Below, piece by piece: positions 12,454-24,280 of a stretch of DNA of 64,000 nucleotides (within the stretch, counting starts at the first letter, position 1; each line of letters begins with the position of its first letter). The notes below the pieces were generated by a model. That model was not told the origin of the DNA. It did not search any database and saw only the letters and a program-made list of their open reading frames with translations. The stretch comes from Mobula hypostoma (taxonomy: Eukaryota). Both the position numbers and the translations under genes were made by a program. Location: contig NC_086097.1 in assembly GCF_963921235.1 (NCBI RefSeq), positions 136,030,001 through 136,094,000 of the forward strand, written 5' to 3'.

Positions 12454-13598
12454 GTGTGTGAGTGTGTGTGAGTGTGTATGTGTGTGTATGTGTGTGTGTG
12501 AGTGTGTGTGTGTGTGTGTGTGTGAGTGTGTATGTATGTGTGTGTATGTGTGTGTGAGTGTGTATGTATGTGTGTGTATGTGTGTGTGAGTGTGTGTGTG
12601 TGTGTGAGTGTGTGAGTGTGTGTGTGTGAGTGTGAGTGTGTGAGTGTGTATGTGTGTGAGTATGTGTGAGTGTGTGTGTATGTCTGTGTATGTGTGTGTG
12701 TGTGAGTGTGTGTGTGTATGTGTGTGTATGTGTGTGAGTGTGTGTGTGTGTGTGTATGTGAGTGTGTGTGTGTGTGAGCGTGTGTGTATGTGAGTGTGTG
12801 TGTGAGTGTGTGTGTGTGTGAGTGTGTATGTGTCTGTGTGAGTGTGTGTGAGTGTGAGTGTGTGTGTGTGAGTGTGTGTGTGAGTGTGTGTGTGAGTGTG
12901 AGTGTGTGTGAGTGTGTGTGTGAGTGTGTGTGTATGTGAGTGTGTGTGTGAGTGTGTGTGAGTGTGTGTGTGTATGTGAGTGTGTGTGTGTGAGCGTGTG
13001 TGTATGTGTGTGTGTGTGAGTGTGTATGTGTGTGTGAGTGTGTGTGTGTGAGTGTGTGTGTGTATGTGTGTGTATGTGTGTTGAGTGTGTGTGTGTGTGT
13101 GTGTGTATGTGAGTGTGTGTGTGTGAGCGTGTGTGTATGTGAGTGTGTGTGTGAGTGTGTGTGTGTGTGAGTGTGTGTGTGTGTGAGTGTGTGTGTGAGT
13201 GTGAGTGTGTGTGAGTGTGTGTGTGAGTGTGTGTGTATGTGAGTGTGTGTGTGAGTGTGTGTGAGTGTGTGTGTGTATGTGAGTGTGTGTGTGTGAGCGT
13301 GTGTGTATGTGTGTGTGTGTGTGAGTGTGTGTGTGAGTGTGTATGTGTGTGTGAGTGTGTGTGAGTGTGTGTGTGTGTGTGAGTGTGTGTGAGTGTGTGT
13401 GTGTGTGAGTGTGTGTGTGTGAGTGTGTATGTGTGTGATTGTGTGTGAGTGTGTGTGAGTGTGAGTGTGTGTGTGAGTGTGTGTGTGTGTGAGTGTGTGT
13501 GAGTGTGAGTGTGTGTGTGAGTGTGTGAGTGTGTGTGAGTGTGAGTGTGTGTGTGAGTGTGTGTGAGTGTGAGTGTGTGTGTGTGAGTGTGTGTGTGT

Positions 13599-13647
<49 letters not shown>

Positions 13648-13703
13648 TGTGTGTGAGTGTGTGTGTGTGTGTGAGTGTGTGTGTGAGTGTGTGTGTATGT
13701 GTA
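11739..13703. repeat. ~2 kb degenerate (GT)n microsatellite with GA/AT interruptions
   Basis: Direct reading; accounts for the His-Thr and Cys-Val ORFs. Confidence 0.99.
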
Positions 13704-13837
13704 TCTGCACAGTGGTTATGGCTTTTCTTTTTTTTAATTGGGTTCTTCGGGTTACTTGCTTTGTGGCTGCCTGTAAGCAAAAAAAATCTCAAGGTTGTAT
13801 AATTTATAGATTCTCTGAAATAATAAATGTACTTTGA

Positions 13838-14150
13838 TTCAGCCCTTTGCTATTTCCACCTATCACCTGCCTGCATCTGACATCATTCCTACTCTTCCCC
13901 TCCCTCACCTCCCAATACCCCTGCCCCCTCACCACCATCCATCTATCACCCACCAGCTCTTGTTCCATCCTTCCCCTCCACCTCTTTTCATACTGGCCAC
14001 CTCTCCTCTTTCTTTCTCGTCTTAATGAAGGGTCTCAGTCCGAAACACGGACTTTTTTTCCCCTTCTGTCGATGCCTCCTGAGCCGCTAAGTTCCTCCAT
14101 CATTTTGTGTGTGTTGCTCCAGACTTCCGGCATCTGCAGTCTCTCTGTCC
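13838..14150 (+). mobile_element. Penelope-like 3' end, decayed hammerhead
   Basis: Pyrimidine-rich UTR, GTCTTAATGAAGGGTCTCAGTCCGAAAC, terminal GAGCCGCTAAGTTCCTCC...GCATCTGCAG. Confidence 0.75.
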
Positions 14151-14479
14151 TTGCACCTGGAACAACTTCTCATTCATCCAGTGAGATCCTTCCTCCTCCT
14201 GAACACTTTCTGAATCATTCACTTCTGCTTGTGAAGTGGGGGAGTGGGGGGGGGGATGGTGGATGTTTGGAGCAAAGGAATTTATATCCTAACCTCTGGC
14301 AACGTGTGATTACCTACCAAGATGTCTTTTATAATTCTGCTCTTAACGAATTTGGTTTGCCAAAGCACATTGTTGCAATTAAAGAACAAGTGAGATGTAA
14401 TCTGTTCGTGAACAGCTCAGTGTCGATGTACTCTGATTCCAGTCCCAAACCCTTCAGGCACTTTGAGTCTGTACTGTAG

Positions 14480-14990
14480 ATTTTTTCTTTCAAAAATGAG
14501 TTTTATTCATAAAAGTATGTACAAGAAACACAAAAGAAATTCATGTTTCTTTTTACATCTAGAGTTCCATTCAGTCCCCACATTCACAGTGTTAACAGAT
14601 CTCTACTTTAGTAGTGGGAGCGCATTCCATGCAGAGAACCATTGCTACCCATGTGGCCTTCTTGAATGATACAAACCTCCGTGGTCTGAGGGACTTCTGC
14701 CAATGTCCAGTGGCAGCAGGAGCCTAAACTGTGGTCCTTCTCCACAAAGCGTTTGCATTGGTAGCACTATGTTTCAGTGAGATCCTCAGCATGTACTCCT
14801 GCAGCCAGGAATGTGCCAGTCAGCACCATTCCCTTACGAACATCTGACTCTGTGCTAGAAGGCCAACAATGTTCAGGCAGACCACAGTGCGACTTTCACT
14901 GAGTTGATAATCTTCCAGCAGCATTTGATGCCTGACCCAGTGTGTATTCCTGTGAACTGACGTAGATCTAAGCTTTTTCCATCACGCAAT
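14480..14990 (-). mobile_element. Old Tx1/L1-clade LINE 3' fragment
   Basis: Reverse complement matches 33900-34170 (TGCTGGAAGATTATCAACTCAGTGAAA, GGCTGCAGGAGTACATGCTGAGG). Confidence 0.75.
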
Positions 14991-15224
14991 GGACACAAAT
15001 GCCTTAATGTGAAGTGCTTTCTGCTGTGTAAAAATTACTTCTCTCCTCATCCCCAGAGAAAAATACATCATTTGTAATAATAATTAATTTTGCTAAAGCA
15101 ATTTGATTTATGGATTGCTTACTGGACCCCATGTGATTAAGATGCTGTGGTTGTGAAATCAGTAAGGATGTGGAGAGCAGATTGTCTTGGAACGTGCCTG
15201 GTTTTCAAGGCAGTGGGAGCCGCA

Positions 15225-15780
15225 CAGCACAGAACTGTACAGCACAGGAACAGGCTCTTCTGACCATGATATCTGTACCCCCATGATGCCAAATTAAGCT
15301 AACCTATCTACCTGCACATGATCCATGTGCCTCTGTTCCCTCCCTTTCATAAGATTGCATAAATGCCTCTTGTACTCCATTATCACACCTATTTTCACCA
15401 CTGCACTGGCAGCGCATTCCAGACACCCTCCATTCTCTGCGTAAACAACGTGCCCTGCACGTCTCCTTGGAATTCTTCCCCCTTTAACCTTCAACTATGT
15501 CCCCTAGTATTTGGCATGTCTACCTTTAGACAAAGGCTCTGGCTGCCTAATCCATCTATGACTCATAATGTTACAAAAACATCTATTCAGTAACCCTTCA
15601 GTCTCCACTCATCCAAAGAAAGCAACCCAAGTTTGTCCAGCCTTAGTCCATTGCCTCTAATCCACGCAGTGAACCCCTTCTGCACACTTTCAAAAATCTC
15701 CATCTCTTTCTTATTATAGGTCAATGAGAATCGCATACAGGTGGCCCAGTCAAAGTTTTACACAGCAGCAGCATGAGCCC
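15225..15780 (-). mobile_element. Degenerate CR1 3' fragment
   Basis: CR1 tail ACAGCACAGGAACAGGCTCTTC and CCTTTAACCTTCAACTATGTCCCCTAG. Confidence 0.7.
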
Positions 15781-16332
15781 AGCCCCACAGGTAAGGGAAA
15801 AGACCAAAGGATGTACCCAAAGCTTTCTTAAAGGAATGCCACATCTCCACTCTCTCCTGGGAATCCTTGGCCCAGGGCTGCTCGAAATGGAGAAAGAGTG
15901 TTAAGGATCACACAGAGATACTAGAGGTCATGGACTGGGAGCACACAGAAGCCCTCTGCAGGTGGTAGAACTCGTGTATTACCTCACACATTATCCCTGC
16001 CCGCCCCTCAGCAAACTTCTGTCCCACCTGTGGATGGTCCCAAATAAGCCTCATCAGCTCCTTCGGAATCCACAACACCAGAGTGAAAGTAATTCATTCT
16101 TGATGAAGAACACATGCCTAAGAAGGAGGGAGACAATTTTAGGACTGCAAAGTAACCTAGGCTTCATTTCAAAGACCTCAGAGATCTCTAAACTGAAGTA
16201 ATAATAATAGGTGCAGTAACTGCCTTATTATTATCCCATGTACCAAGCTATTGTTTTCGAAGACATCCATGCAGATCATTTCATCACATCAGCACACCCA
16301 GGTAGTTCAAGGGAAAGGCAATAACGGAATGT

Positions 16333-16887
16333 AAACACAAAATATTCTGCAGATGCTGGGGTCAAAGCAACACTCACAACACGCTGGAGGAGCTCAGCAG
16401 GTCAGGCAGCATCCGTGAAAAAGATCGGTTGATGTTTCGGGCTGGAACCCTTCGTCAAGACTGTAGAGGGAAGGGGCAGAGGCCCTATAAAGAAGGTGGG
16501 GGGAGGGTGGGAAGGAGAAGGCTGGTAGGTTCCAGGTGAAAAACCAGTAAGGGGAAAGATAAAGGGGTGGGGGAGGGGAAGCAGGGAGGTGATAGGCAGG
16601 AAAGGTGAAGAAAGAATAGGGGAAAACACAATGGGTAGTAGAAGGAGGCGGAACCATGAGGGAGGTGGTAGGCAGCCGGGGGAGGGGGCAGAGTGACATA
16701 GGGATAGGGGAAGGGAGGGGGAGGGAATTACCGGAAAATGGAGAATTCTATGTTCATACCAAGGGGCTGGAGACTACCTAAACAGTATATGAGGTGTTGC
16801 TCCTCCAACCTGAGTTTAGCCTCATCATGGCAGTAAAGGAGGCCATGTATGGACATATCTGAATGGGAGTGGGAAGCAGAGTTGAAG
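16333..16887 (-). mobile_element. Penelope-like 3' fragment with 11-bp TSD
   Basis: GIY-YIG C-terminus SIHGLLYCHDEAKLRLEEQHLIYCLGSLQPLGMNIEF; flanks TAACGGAATGT (16322-16332) and TAACAGAATGT (16888-16898); decayed hammerhead at 16426-16463. Confidence 0.9.
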
Positions 16888-17099
16888 TAACAGAATGTGG
16901 AATGTAAAGTAAGTGCAAAGTTTTGATGAGGTAGAATCACAAAAGGTGCTGGAATGTCGAGCAGCAATCTGCTGGAGGAAGTCAGAGGGTTCAGCAGCAT
17001 CTGTGGGAGGAAAAACGTTTTGTGTCAAAACCTTGGATCAGGACTGAGAGTGGAGAGGCACAATAGCCCAGCTTAGAGAGAAGAAGGGGTTTTAAGGTA

Positions 17100-17615
17100 G
17101 ATTGTGAGTTCAAGAGTCCATCTTATCATACAAGAGGCCCGTTCAACAGTCTTACTGAATAGGATAGCAGTCCTTGAGCCTGACGTTTTTATCTTCTGCT
17201 CAGTGGGAAGGGGGAGAAGTGAGGATGACCAGGGTGGAAGGGGACATTAATTGTTTTGGCTGCTTTACAAAGGCAGAGAGAAAAGTAGATAGAGTTCTTG
17301 GAGGAGAGGTTGTTTTTTTCTGATGGACTGAGCTTCTTGTGGTCTTGGTCAGCCACCATTACCAAGCTTGTTGTATCTGGATAGGATGCTTTCTCCAGTG
17401 CATCTGTAAAACTGCTGATGATCAACAGGGACATGCTGAATTTCTTTAGTCTCCTGAGCAGGTAGAGACACTGGTGTGTGTGTGTGTGTGTGTGTGTGTT
17501 GTTTTTTGTTGGCCAAAGCATCTGTATATTTGAGCAATGATAAGCTACTGGTGATGTTTACATCTAGAAACTTGAAGTTCACAACCATCTTCACCTCAGG
17601 CCATTGATGTGCACG
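17100..17615 (-). mobile_element. Rex1/Babar-like LINE fragment with internal (GT)n
   Basis: VNFKFLDVNITSSLS and QCLYLLRRLKKF motifs. Confidence 0.7.
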
Positions 17616-18104
17616 GGAGTATGTGATTGGGAGGTGGTGTGTGAGGAGGAATCTTTTTGACAATAGACAGACCCTGGCCATAAGAAGCCCAACCACTCCC
17701 TGACAAGCAGACAACAGCAGTTAACTGCTTTCTAACTCAGATCATCATCATTTTTTCTGATTGGGATCTTGCTGTGTGCACACTTCTTCTATTACACAGA
17801 TTCCACATTTCAGGAATACTCCTTTGAGAACTGGGTTATGAAAGGAGCTATGAAAAAGCAAGTGTCTCCCTTTCTGTGACGGTGCATTTATGGGAATGTC
17901 CGCATACTCATATATTCTCCTTAAGCTACCAAATGTTTCTTGAGGGAAGTCATTTCCAGATGCGCTTGCTAAACATTGCAACTCACTTCTGAATTTCAGC
18001 TTTGTTAATGTCAATGGAACAAAATTTCAGAAGCAGAACATCACACTTTTGAACTTGTAATATGTGATCAAATCTTTGCTTCAGCTTGTTTTAACATTCT
18101 GCAG

Positions 18105-18140
18105 ATGAGGCCGTGAGGAAAAATGCACTCAGTTGCAAGG
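18105..18140 (+). CDS. Candidate exon, + strand host gene (phase 1-1, xEAVRKNALSCK)
   Basis: Acceptor ttgttttaacattctgcag, donor AGG|gtaatg; only one frame is open; unique sequence. Confidence 0.5.
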
Positions 18141-18199
18141 GTAATGCTGATACACATCTAACAATTCACACTTCTGAGCTTGTAGCATTGTTAAAACAT

Positions 18200-18675
18200 A
18201 AATCAAGAATTTATTTTATATAGAGCTTTCACCTCTGAAGCTCCCTGGGTGATTAGTAGACAACTGAGATGGACATGTAGCAGCAATTTTCTGCACAGCC
18301 AGCTTCCAGTGATGGCAACAGTCGAGAGATAAATGTTGGCCCAGGATATCAGGGGAGGAAATCCCCAGATGGGTTCCATGTAGCACAATAGGATCATTTC
18401 CATTCACCCACGAGCCCGACGTTAACAGACGTCATCTCGGATACTGCAGTGTTCACTTGGCACAGCATCCAGAGAACCGATTGACCCACTGAAGGATCTC
18501 AGCCTGAAACATCTACTGTTCATTCCCCTCCACGGATGCTGCCTGACACGCTAAGTCCCTCCAGTATTTTGTGTGTGTTCAATTGGTTGGCTTGTTGGGC
18601 TCCGGTCTCCGGAATGGGACTTGAACCCACAACCTTCTGGCTTTGAGGTCAGAGTGCCGCCCATTGAGCCCAAGC
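18200..18675 (-). mobile_element. Deu-domain SINE interrupted by a mini-PLE (~18490-18580)
   Basis: tRNA-like head GGTTCAAGTCCC on the minus strand; Deu-like TCCTGGGCCAACATTTATCTCTC. Confidence 0.65.
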
Positions 18676-18844
18676 AGTGATAAGAAGGAAACAACTGGAT
18701 GAAATTTGTAACTATGTGGGTGGAAGAGTATTTGGCAGTCACTGGTTACGGAGACAACTTATCAAAATATCAGACACAGCAAGGATCAGAGAACTTCAGC
18801 TCTCTGGAGAGCTCACAGAAGAAAACCACAGAGAGGGAGGCAAA

Positions 18845-18970
18845 CAAGAGAAAATCTGCAGATGCTGGAAATCCAAGCAACACTCACAAAATGCTGGAGG
18901 AACTCAGCAGGTCAGGCAGCGTCTATGGAAAAAGGTACAGTCAATGTTTCGAGCTAAGACCCTTCATCAG
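18845..18970 (-). mobile_element. Mini-PLE ending at the hammerhead core
   Basis: PLE terminus up to CTGATGA core (18964-18970); GGCAAA on both sides. Confidence 0.8.
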
Positions 18971-19800
18971 GGCAAAGCTCAGTTCAGCCACTTCACCGTT
19001 TCCTGTGACTGCTTCCTAAAACAATACACAATAAAATGTCCTTTCATTTTATATTTACTAGTTCGCCACAACTAATAAGCATCTTGGAAGTGAGGCTTCC
19101 AATGACTGGTGCAGAGGTGGCTTGGAGGATGCATTTCTTTCGATAGCCAATGATAATAAACAACTGTTTTCCCCCCTCTGATCCCAGCTCCCATCCATCC
19201 CAGGTCTTCACTATTCCTCTGACCTTCCCTTTCCGAGGCAGAGTGTTCTGTCCTCAGTAAGGTCCTCACCTTTGACCTCCCCCCCACCCGCACCAAAGTG
19301 AGTTTGCATCTGCCGCAACATTGAGCTCTTCTTCCATCACCTTCTGCCTCGGAGCCCACTCTTTTGATGCTGATTCCACATGCTGCGCTGCTGACCCCTC
19401 TCCCATCTTCAGCCCTTCTCCTCTTCTTGGACACCCCTCTCTGGTTCTCTGCCTGATCTGGATATTTTCATTTTGAATTGTTGACTGAACATCAACTGCC
19501 TTGATTTCAACATTCCTCTCTCCTCATCCAACCTGAGCCCGTCCGAATGGACTGTCCACCCTCTCCGCACCAATCCCAAGCTTACCATCAAACCCGCAGA
19601 CAAAGGGAGTGCTGTTGTAGTGTGGCACACTGACCTCTACCTTGCTGAGGCCAGGTGAAAACTCGCAGGCTCTTCCTCATACCTACCCCTCGAGAAGAAC
19701 CCCACTCTACACCATCGGAAAACTGTCTCCGACACTATCGCTGACCTCATCCCCTCTGGAGAGCTCCCAACCACAGCCAGCAAACTTATAGTTCCCTTAC

Positions 19801-22060
19801 TTCTATTTAAGAAGGGAACAAGGGAAAATCCCGGGAACTATAGACCAGTGAGTCTCATGTCAGTTGTAGGGAAATTGCTGGAGAAAATTCATAGGGATAA
19901 GCTTTTGGAAACCCATGGCTTAATTAGGGAGACCTAGCATGGCCTTGTGTGTGGCAGGTTGTGCCTTACCAACTTGACTGAAGTTTTTTGACAAGGTGAT
20001 GAGAGAGATTGATGAGGGCAGGGCAATGGATGTTGTCCACATGGATTTTAGTAAGGCGTTTGACATAGTCCCTCACGGCAGCCTAATCCAGAGGATTAAG
20101 ATGCATGGGATCTGCAGCGAATTGGCTGTTTGGATTCATTACTGGCTTGCACATAGAAGTCAAGTCACTTTTTATTGTCATTTCAAGCACATAGTAAAAA
20201 TGAGATAAAGTTTTCCAGGACCATAGTGCTACATGAAACAATACAAAAACTACATTGAACTACGTAAGAAAAAAACACAAAAACTACACTAGACTATAGA
20301 CCTATCCAGAACAGTCCAGGCTCTGGGTATTGAGGAGTCTGATGGCTTGGGGGAAGGAACTGTTACATAGTCTGGTCGTGAGAGCCCAAATGCTTCAGTG
20401 CCTTTTGCCAGATGGCAGGAGGGAGAAGAGTTTGTATGAGGGGTGCATGGGGTCCTTCATAATGCTGTTTGCTTTGCAGATGCGGCATGTGGTGTAAATG
20501 TCTGTAATGGCGGGAAGAGAGACCCTGATGATCTTCTCAGCTGTCCTCACTATCCGCTGCAGGGTCTTGCGATCCGAGATGGTACAATTTCTGAACCAGG
20601 CCGTGATGCAGCTGCTCAGGATGCTCTCAATACAACCTCTGTAGAATGTGGTGAGGATGGGGGGTGGGAGCTGGACTTTTCTCAGCCTTCGCAGAAACTA
20701 GAGACGCTGCTGGGCTTTCTTTGCTATGGAGCTGGTGTTGAGGGACCAGGTGAGATTCTCCGCCAGGTGAACACCAAGAAATTTGGTGCTCTTCACGATC
20801 TCTATGGAGGAGTCGTCGATGTTCAGCGGAGAGTGGTCGTTCTGTGTCCTCCTGAAGTCAACAACCATATCTTTTGTTTTGTTTACTTTCAGAGACAGGT
20901 TGTTGGCTCTGCACCAGTCCGTTAGCCGCTGCACCTCCTCTCTGTATGCTGACTCATCGTTCTTGCTGATGAGACCCACCACAGTCGTGTCATCGGTGAA
21001 CTTGATGAAGACAAAGGGTAGTGGTGGAAGAGACTTAATCGAGCTGGGGGTCTGTAGTTAGTGGTGTTCCACAGGGGTCTGTGCTGGGACCGCTGCTGTT
21101 TGTGATGTAAATAAATGACCCGGATGAAAATGTAGATGGGTGGGTTAATAAGTTTGTGGATGATACCAAGACTAGTGGAGTTGTGGACAGTGTAGAAGAC
21201 TGGCAAAGAATATAGCACAATGTAGATCAGTTGCAGATATGAGCTGAGAAATAGCCAATGGAGTTTAACCCAGATAAATGCAGGTATTGTATCTTGGTCG
21301 GGCAAATGCAAGGTCAGTACACTGTTCAGGGCAAGGTCCTTAAATGTGTTGCTGAACTGAGAGATCTTGCGATCCAAGTTTATAGCTCCTTGAAAATGGA
21401 GACAAGGGTCGATAGGGTGGTTAAGAAAGCTTATGGAGTGCTTGCTTTTATTAGTTGAGACATTCAAAAGACAGGAGATTATTTTGAAACTTTATAAAAC
21501 TCTGGTTAGGCCACATCTGGACTATTACATGCAGTCCTGGTCGCCCCATTCTAGGAAGGATGTTGAGGCTGCAGAAGAGATTTACCAGGACATTGCCTAG
21601 TTTAGAGGGCATCTGCCATCACGACAGGCTGTACAAACTTGGGTTGTTTTCTCTGGAGTGTTGGAAGCTGAGGGGAGATCCGATAATGGCGTACAAGATT
21701 ATGAGAGGCATAGAGTGTATCTGTTTCCCAGCATTGAAATGTCTCATACCAGAGGGCATGTTTTGAAGGAGAGAGGGAGTAGGTTCAAGGGGGATATGAG
21801 GAGTAACTATTCTAGTCAGAGAGTTAAGGATGCCTGGAATGTGCTGCCTGATATGGTATTACAGGCAAATACATTAGAGGGTTTTAATAGATGTTTGGAT
21901 AGGTACAAGGAAGTAAGGAAGTTGGAGAGATATGGACATTGTGTAGGTAGAAAGGACTGGTGCTTGGGTGGTTTTCATTTGCTTTTTAGCTGGTTGGGCA
22001 CAACACTGTGGGCTGAATGGCCTGTTCCTGTGCTGTATTGTCCTATGCTCTAGGTTCTAC
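19801..22060 (+). mobile_element. CR1 LINE nested in the PLE and itself interrupted by a Rex1-like LINE
   Basis: NYRPVSL, DVVHMDFSKAFDIVPH, FNPDKC, TRGH motifs; CR1 3' UTR ends ~22060. Confidence 0.92.
20160..21008 (-). mobile_element. Rex1/Babar-like LINE nested in CR1
   Basis: ORF 20698-20982 DESAYREEVQRLTDWCRANNLSLKVNKTK...; same family as 1334-2407 with an internal deletion near 20310. Confidence 0.92.
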
Positions 22061-23439
22061 TCCACAGTGCTCACTTCTAGCTCCTATACAAGATCCACAA
22101 ACTGGATTGTTTGGGTAGGCCTGTTGTCTCTGCCTACTCCTGCACTACTGAATTTATGTCCTCATATCTCAATTCCATTCCATCCCCCTTGGTTCAGTCC
22201 CTTCCCACCGACATCTGTGATATTTCTTATGCCCTCGATCTTCTCAGTAACTTTCAGTTCCCTGGCCCTGACCGCCTCATCTTCACTATGGACATTCATT
22301 TACTATACACTTCTATCCCTCATCAGGAAAGCCTCAAAACCCTCCTCTTCTTTCTTGACAGAAGAAACAACCAATCCCCCTCCACCACCACCCTCCTCCA
22401 TCTGGCAGAACTGGTCCTCACCCTGAAAGATTTTTCCCTTGGCTGCTCCCCACTTTCTGCAAACACGGGGTAGGCACGAGAACTCACATGGGCCCCAGCT
22501 ATGCCTGCGTTTTTGTCGGCTATGGAGAACAGTCTGTGTTCAAAGCCTTCCCCGACTGTACTTCCCAGTTCTTCCTTTGCTACATTGACGACTGCATTAA
22601 CAACTTTTCAGGCACATGTGCCGAGCTTGTCAATTTCATCAATTTTGCCTCTAACTTCCACCCTGCCCTTAAATTCACTTGGGCCATCTCTGACAACCCC
22701 CTCCCCTTTCTTTATCTCTCTGTCTCCATCTCTGGAGGTAAACAGTCAACTGACATTTTCTATAAACCTACTGGCTCCCATAGTTACCTTGATTATACCT
22801 TTTACCACCCTATCTGCTGTAAAAATGCTATTTCCTTTTCTCAGTTTCTTTGCCACTGCATCTGTTCTCAGGATATGGCTTTCCATTCTAGGACATCAGG
22901 CATGTCCTCCTCTCTTAAAGAATGGGGCTTTCCTCCCTTCACTATAAATGCTGCCCTCACCCGGATCTTCTCCATTTCCTGTACATCCACGCTCACCCCA
23001 TCTTCCCACTGTCGTACTAGTGAGAGTCCCTCTTGTCCTTACCTACCACCCCCTCAACCTCCACATCCAACATGTTATCCTCCGCAGTTTCTGCCATCTC
23101 CAAAGGGATCCTCCCACTAAACATATCTTTACTTCCCCCACCCTCCGATTTTCACAGGGATTGTTTCCTCCATGATCCCCTTGTCCATTCCTCCATTCGT
23201 TCATCTCCACTCATCACCCTCCAGGCACTTATCCCTGCAAATATCATATATTAATTGCTGTGTAATTATTAAATCAGAATTAATATTGTTTACTATTGTA
23301 TAATAATAATAATAATAATATGTTCTGATTAGGTGCCGATACAAAATATCAACAATCCATTTCTCTCTGCAATCTTGCCTGATCCACTGAACTCCTCAAA
23401 AAAGAGTGCAGAAAATAGATTGGTGACCAGTATGTTTCA

Positions 23440-23780
23440 CAGCAGGTAACTGTTCACAGACCCCTGCTCCTAGTGATTTTTATAAATGAGAACTGGAAAC
23501 ATGGCTTAGTAAGTTTGTAGGTGACACAAAGTTGGGAGGCGTTATGGACCGTGTGGAAGGTTGTCCTAGGTTACAACAGCACATTGACAGGATGCAGAGT
23601 TGGGCTGGGAACTGGCAGGTGGAGTTCAACCCGGAAAAGTGAGAAGTGTTTCACTTTGGAAGGTGGAATTTGAAGTCAGAATATAGGGTTAATGGCAGGA
23701 TTCTTAGCCTTGTGAGGAACAAGTGGAATTTGGCGTCCATGTCCATAATTCCCTTAAAGTTACCGCTCAAGTTGATAGGC
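23440..23780 (+). mobile_element. CR1 fragment
   Basis: SKFVGDTKLGG and WQVEFNPEK motifs. Confidence 0.75.
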
Positions 23781-24280
23781 AATGTTCCCTCTAATTTTTT
23801 TATATAGCTGCACAGACCAAGAAATGAGCAAGAAATTTTTACCTAGATGATCACATCTCCAATGACATAATTTAATTGCCCTGAAAAATGCTTGGCACTT
23901 TCAATGATTTTTTTTTGTGGTATGTGTATTAGGGCATCAACGTTCAGCAGGCTGACGGCTTATTAACAATGAGCTATTGACTTCCATTCTATGTAACTTG
24001 AAACACTGACAATGTAACAAATTTTCAACATAAAAGCTGTGGCACATTTATTATTTAGAAGATTTATGGATTATATTCGTTAAGGCTGTGTGTTTATCCC
24101 CCTGCTCTACTCGCTTAACACTTATAACTGTGTGGATAATCTCAGCTGCAATGACATAATTAGATTTGCCGATAACACCGCTGTCGTAGACTAGATGAAA
24201 AGTGGTGACGAATCAGCACGTAGGAAGGAGACTGAAAATCTGGTTGAGAGGTCCCACAATAACAACCTTTTACTGAAGGT

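Larger units (their letters stand above)
19145..23240 (+). mobile_element. Degenerate Penelope-like element (RT) split by a nested CR1 at 19801-22060
   Basis: TIKPADKGSAVVVW motif at ~19585; GRPVVSA, FTMDI...LYTSIPH, MGPSYAC, YIDD and NFHPALKFT in ORFs 22111-23120; collinear with 34627-38248. Confidence 0.9.

Noticed and set aside
11566..13792. 714-aa and 692-aa His/Thr-rich ORFs
   Set aside because: Translation of a (CA)n microsatellite, which lacks stop codons by composition.
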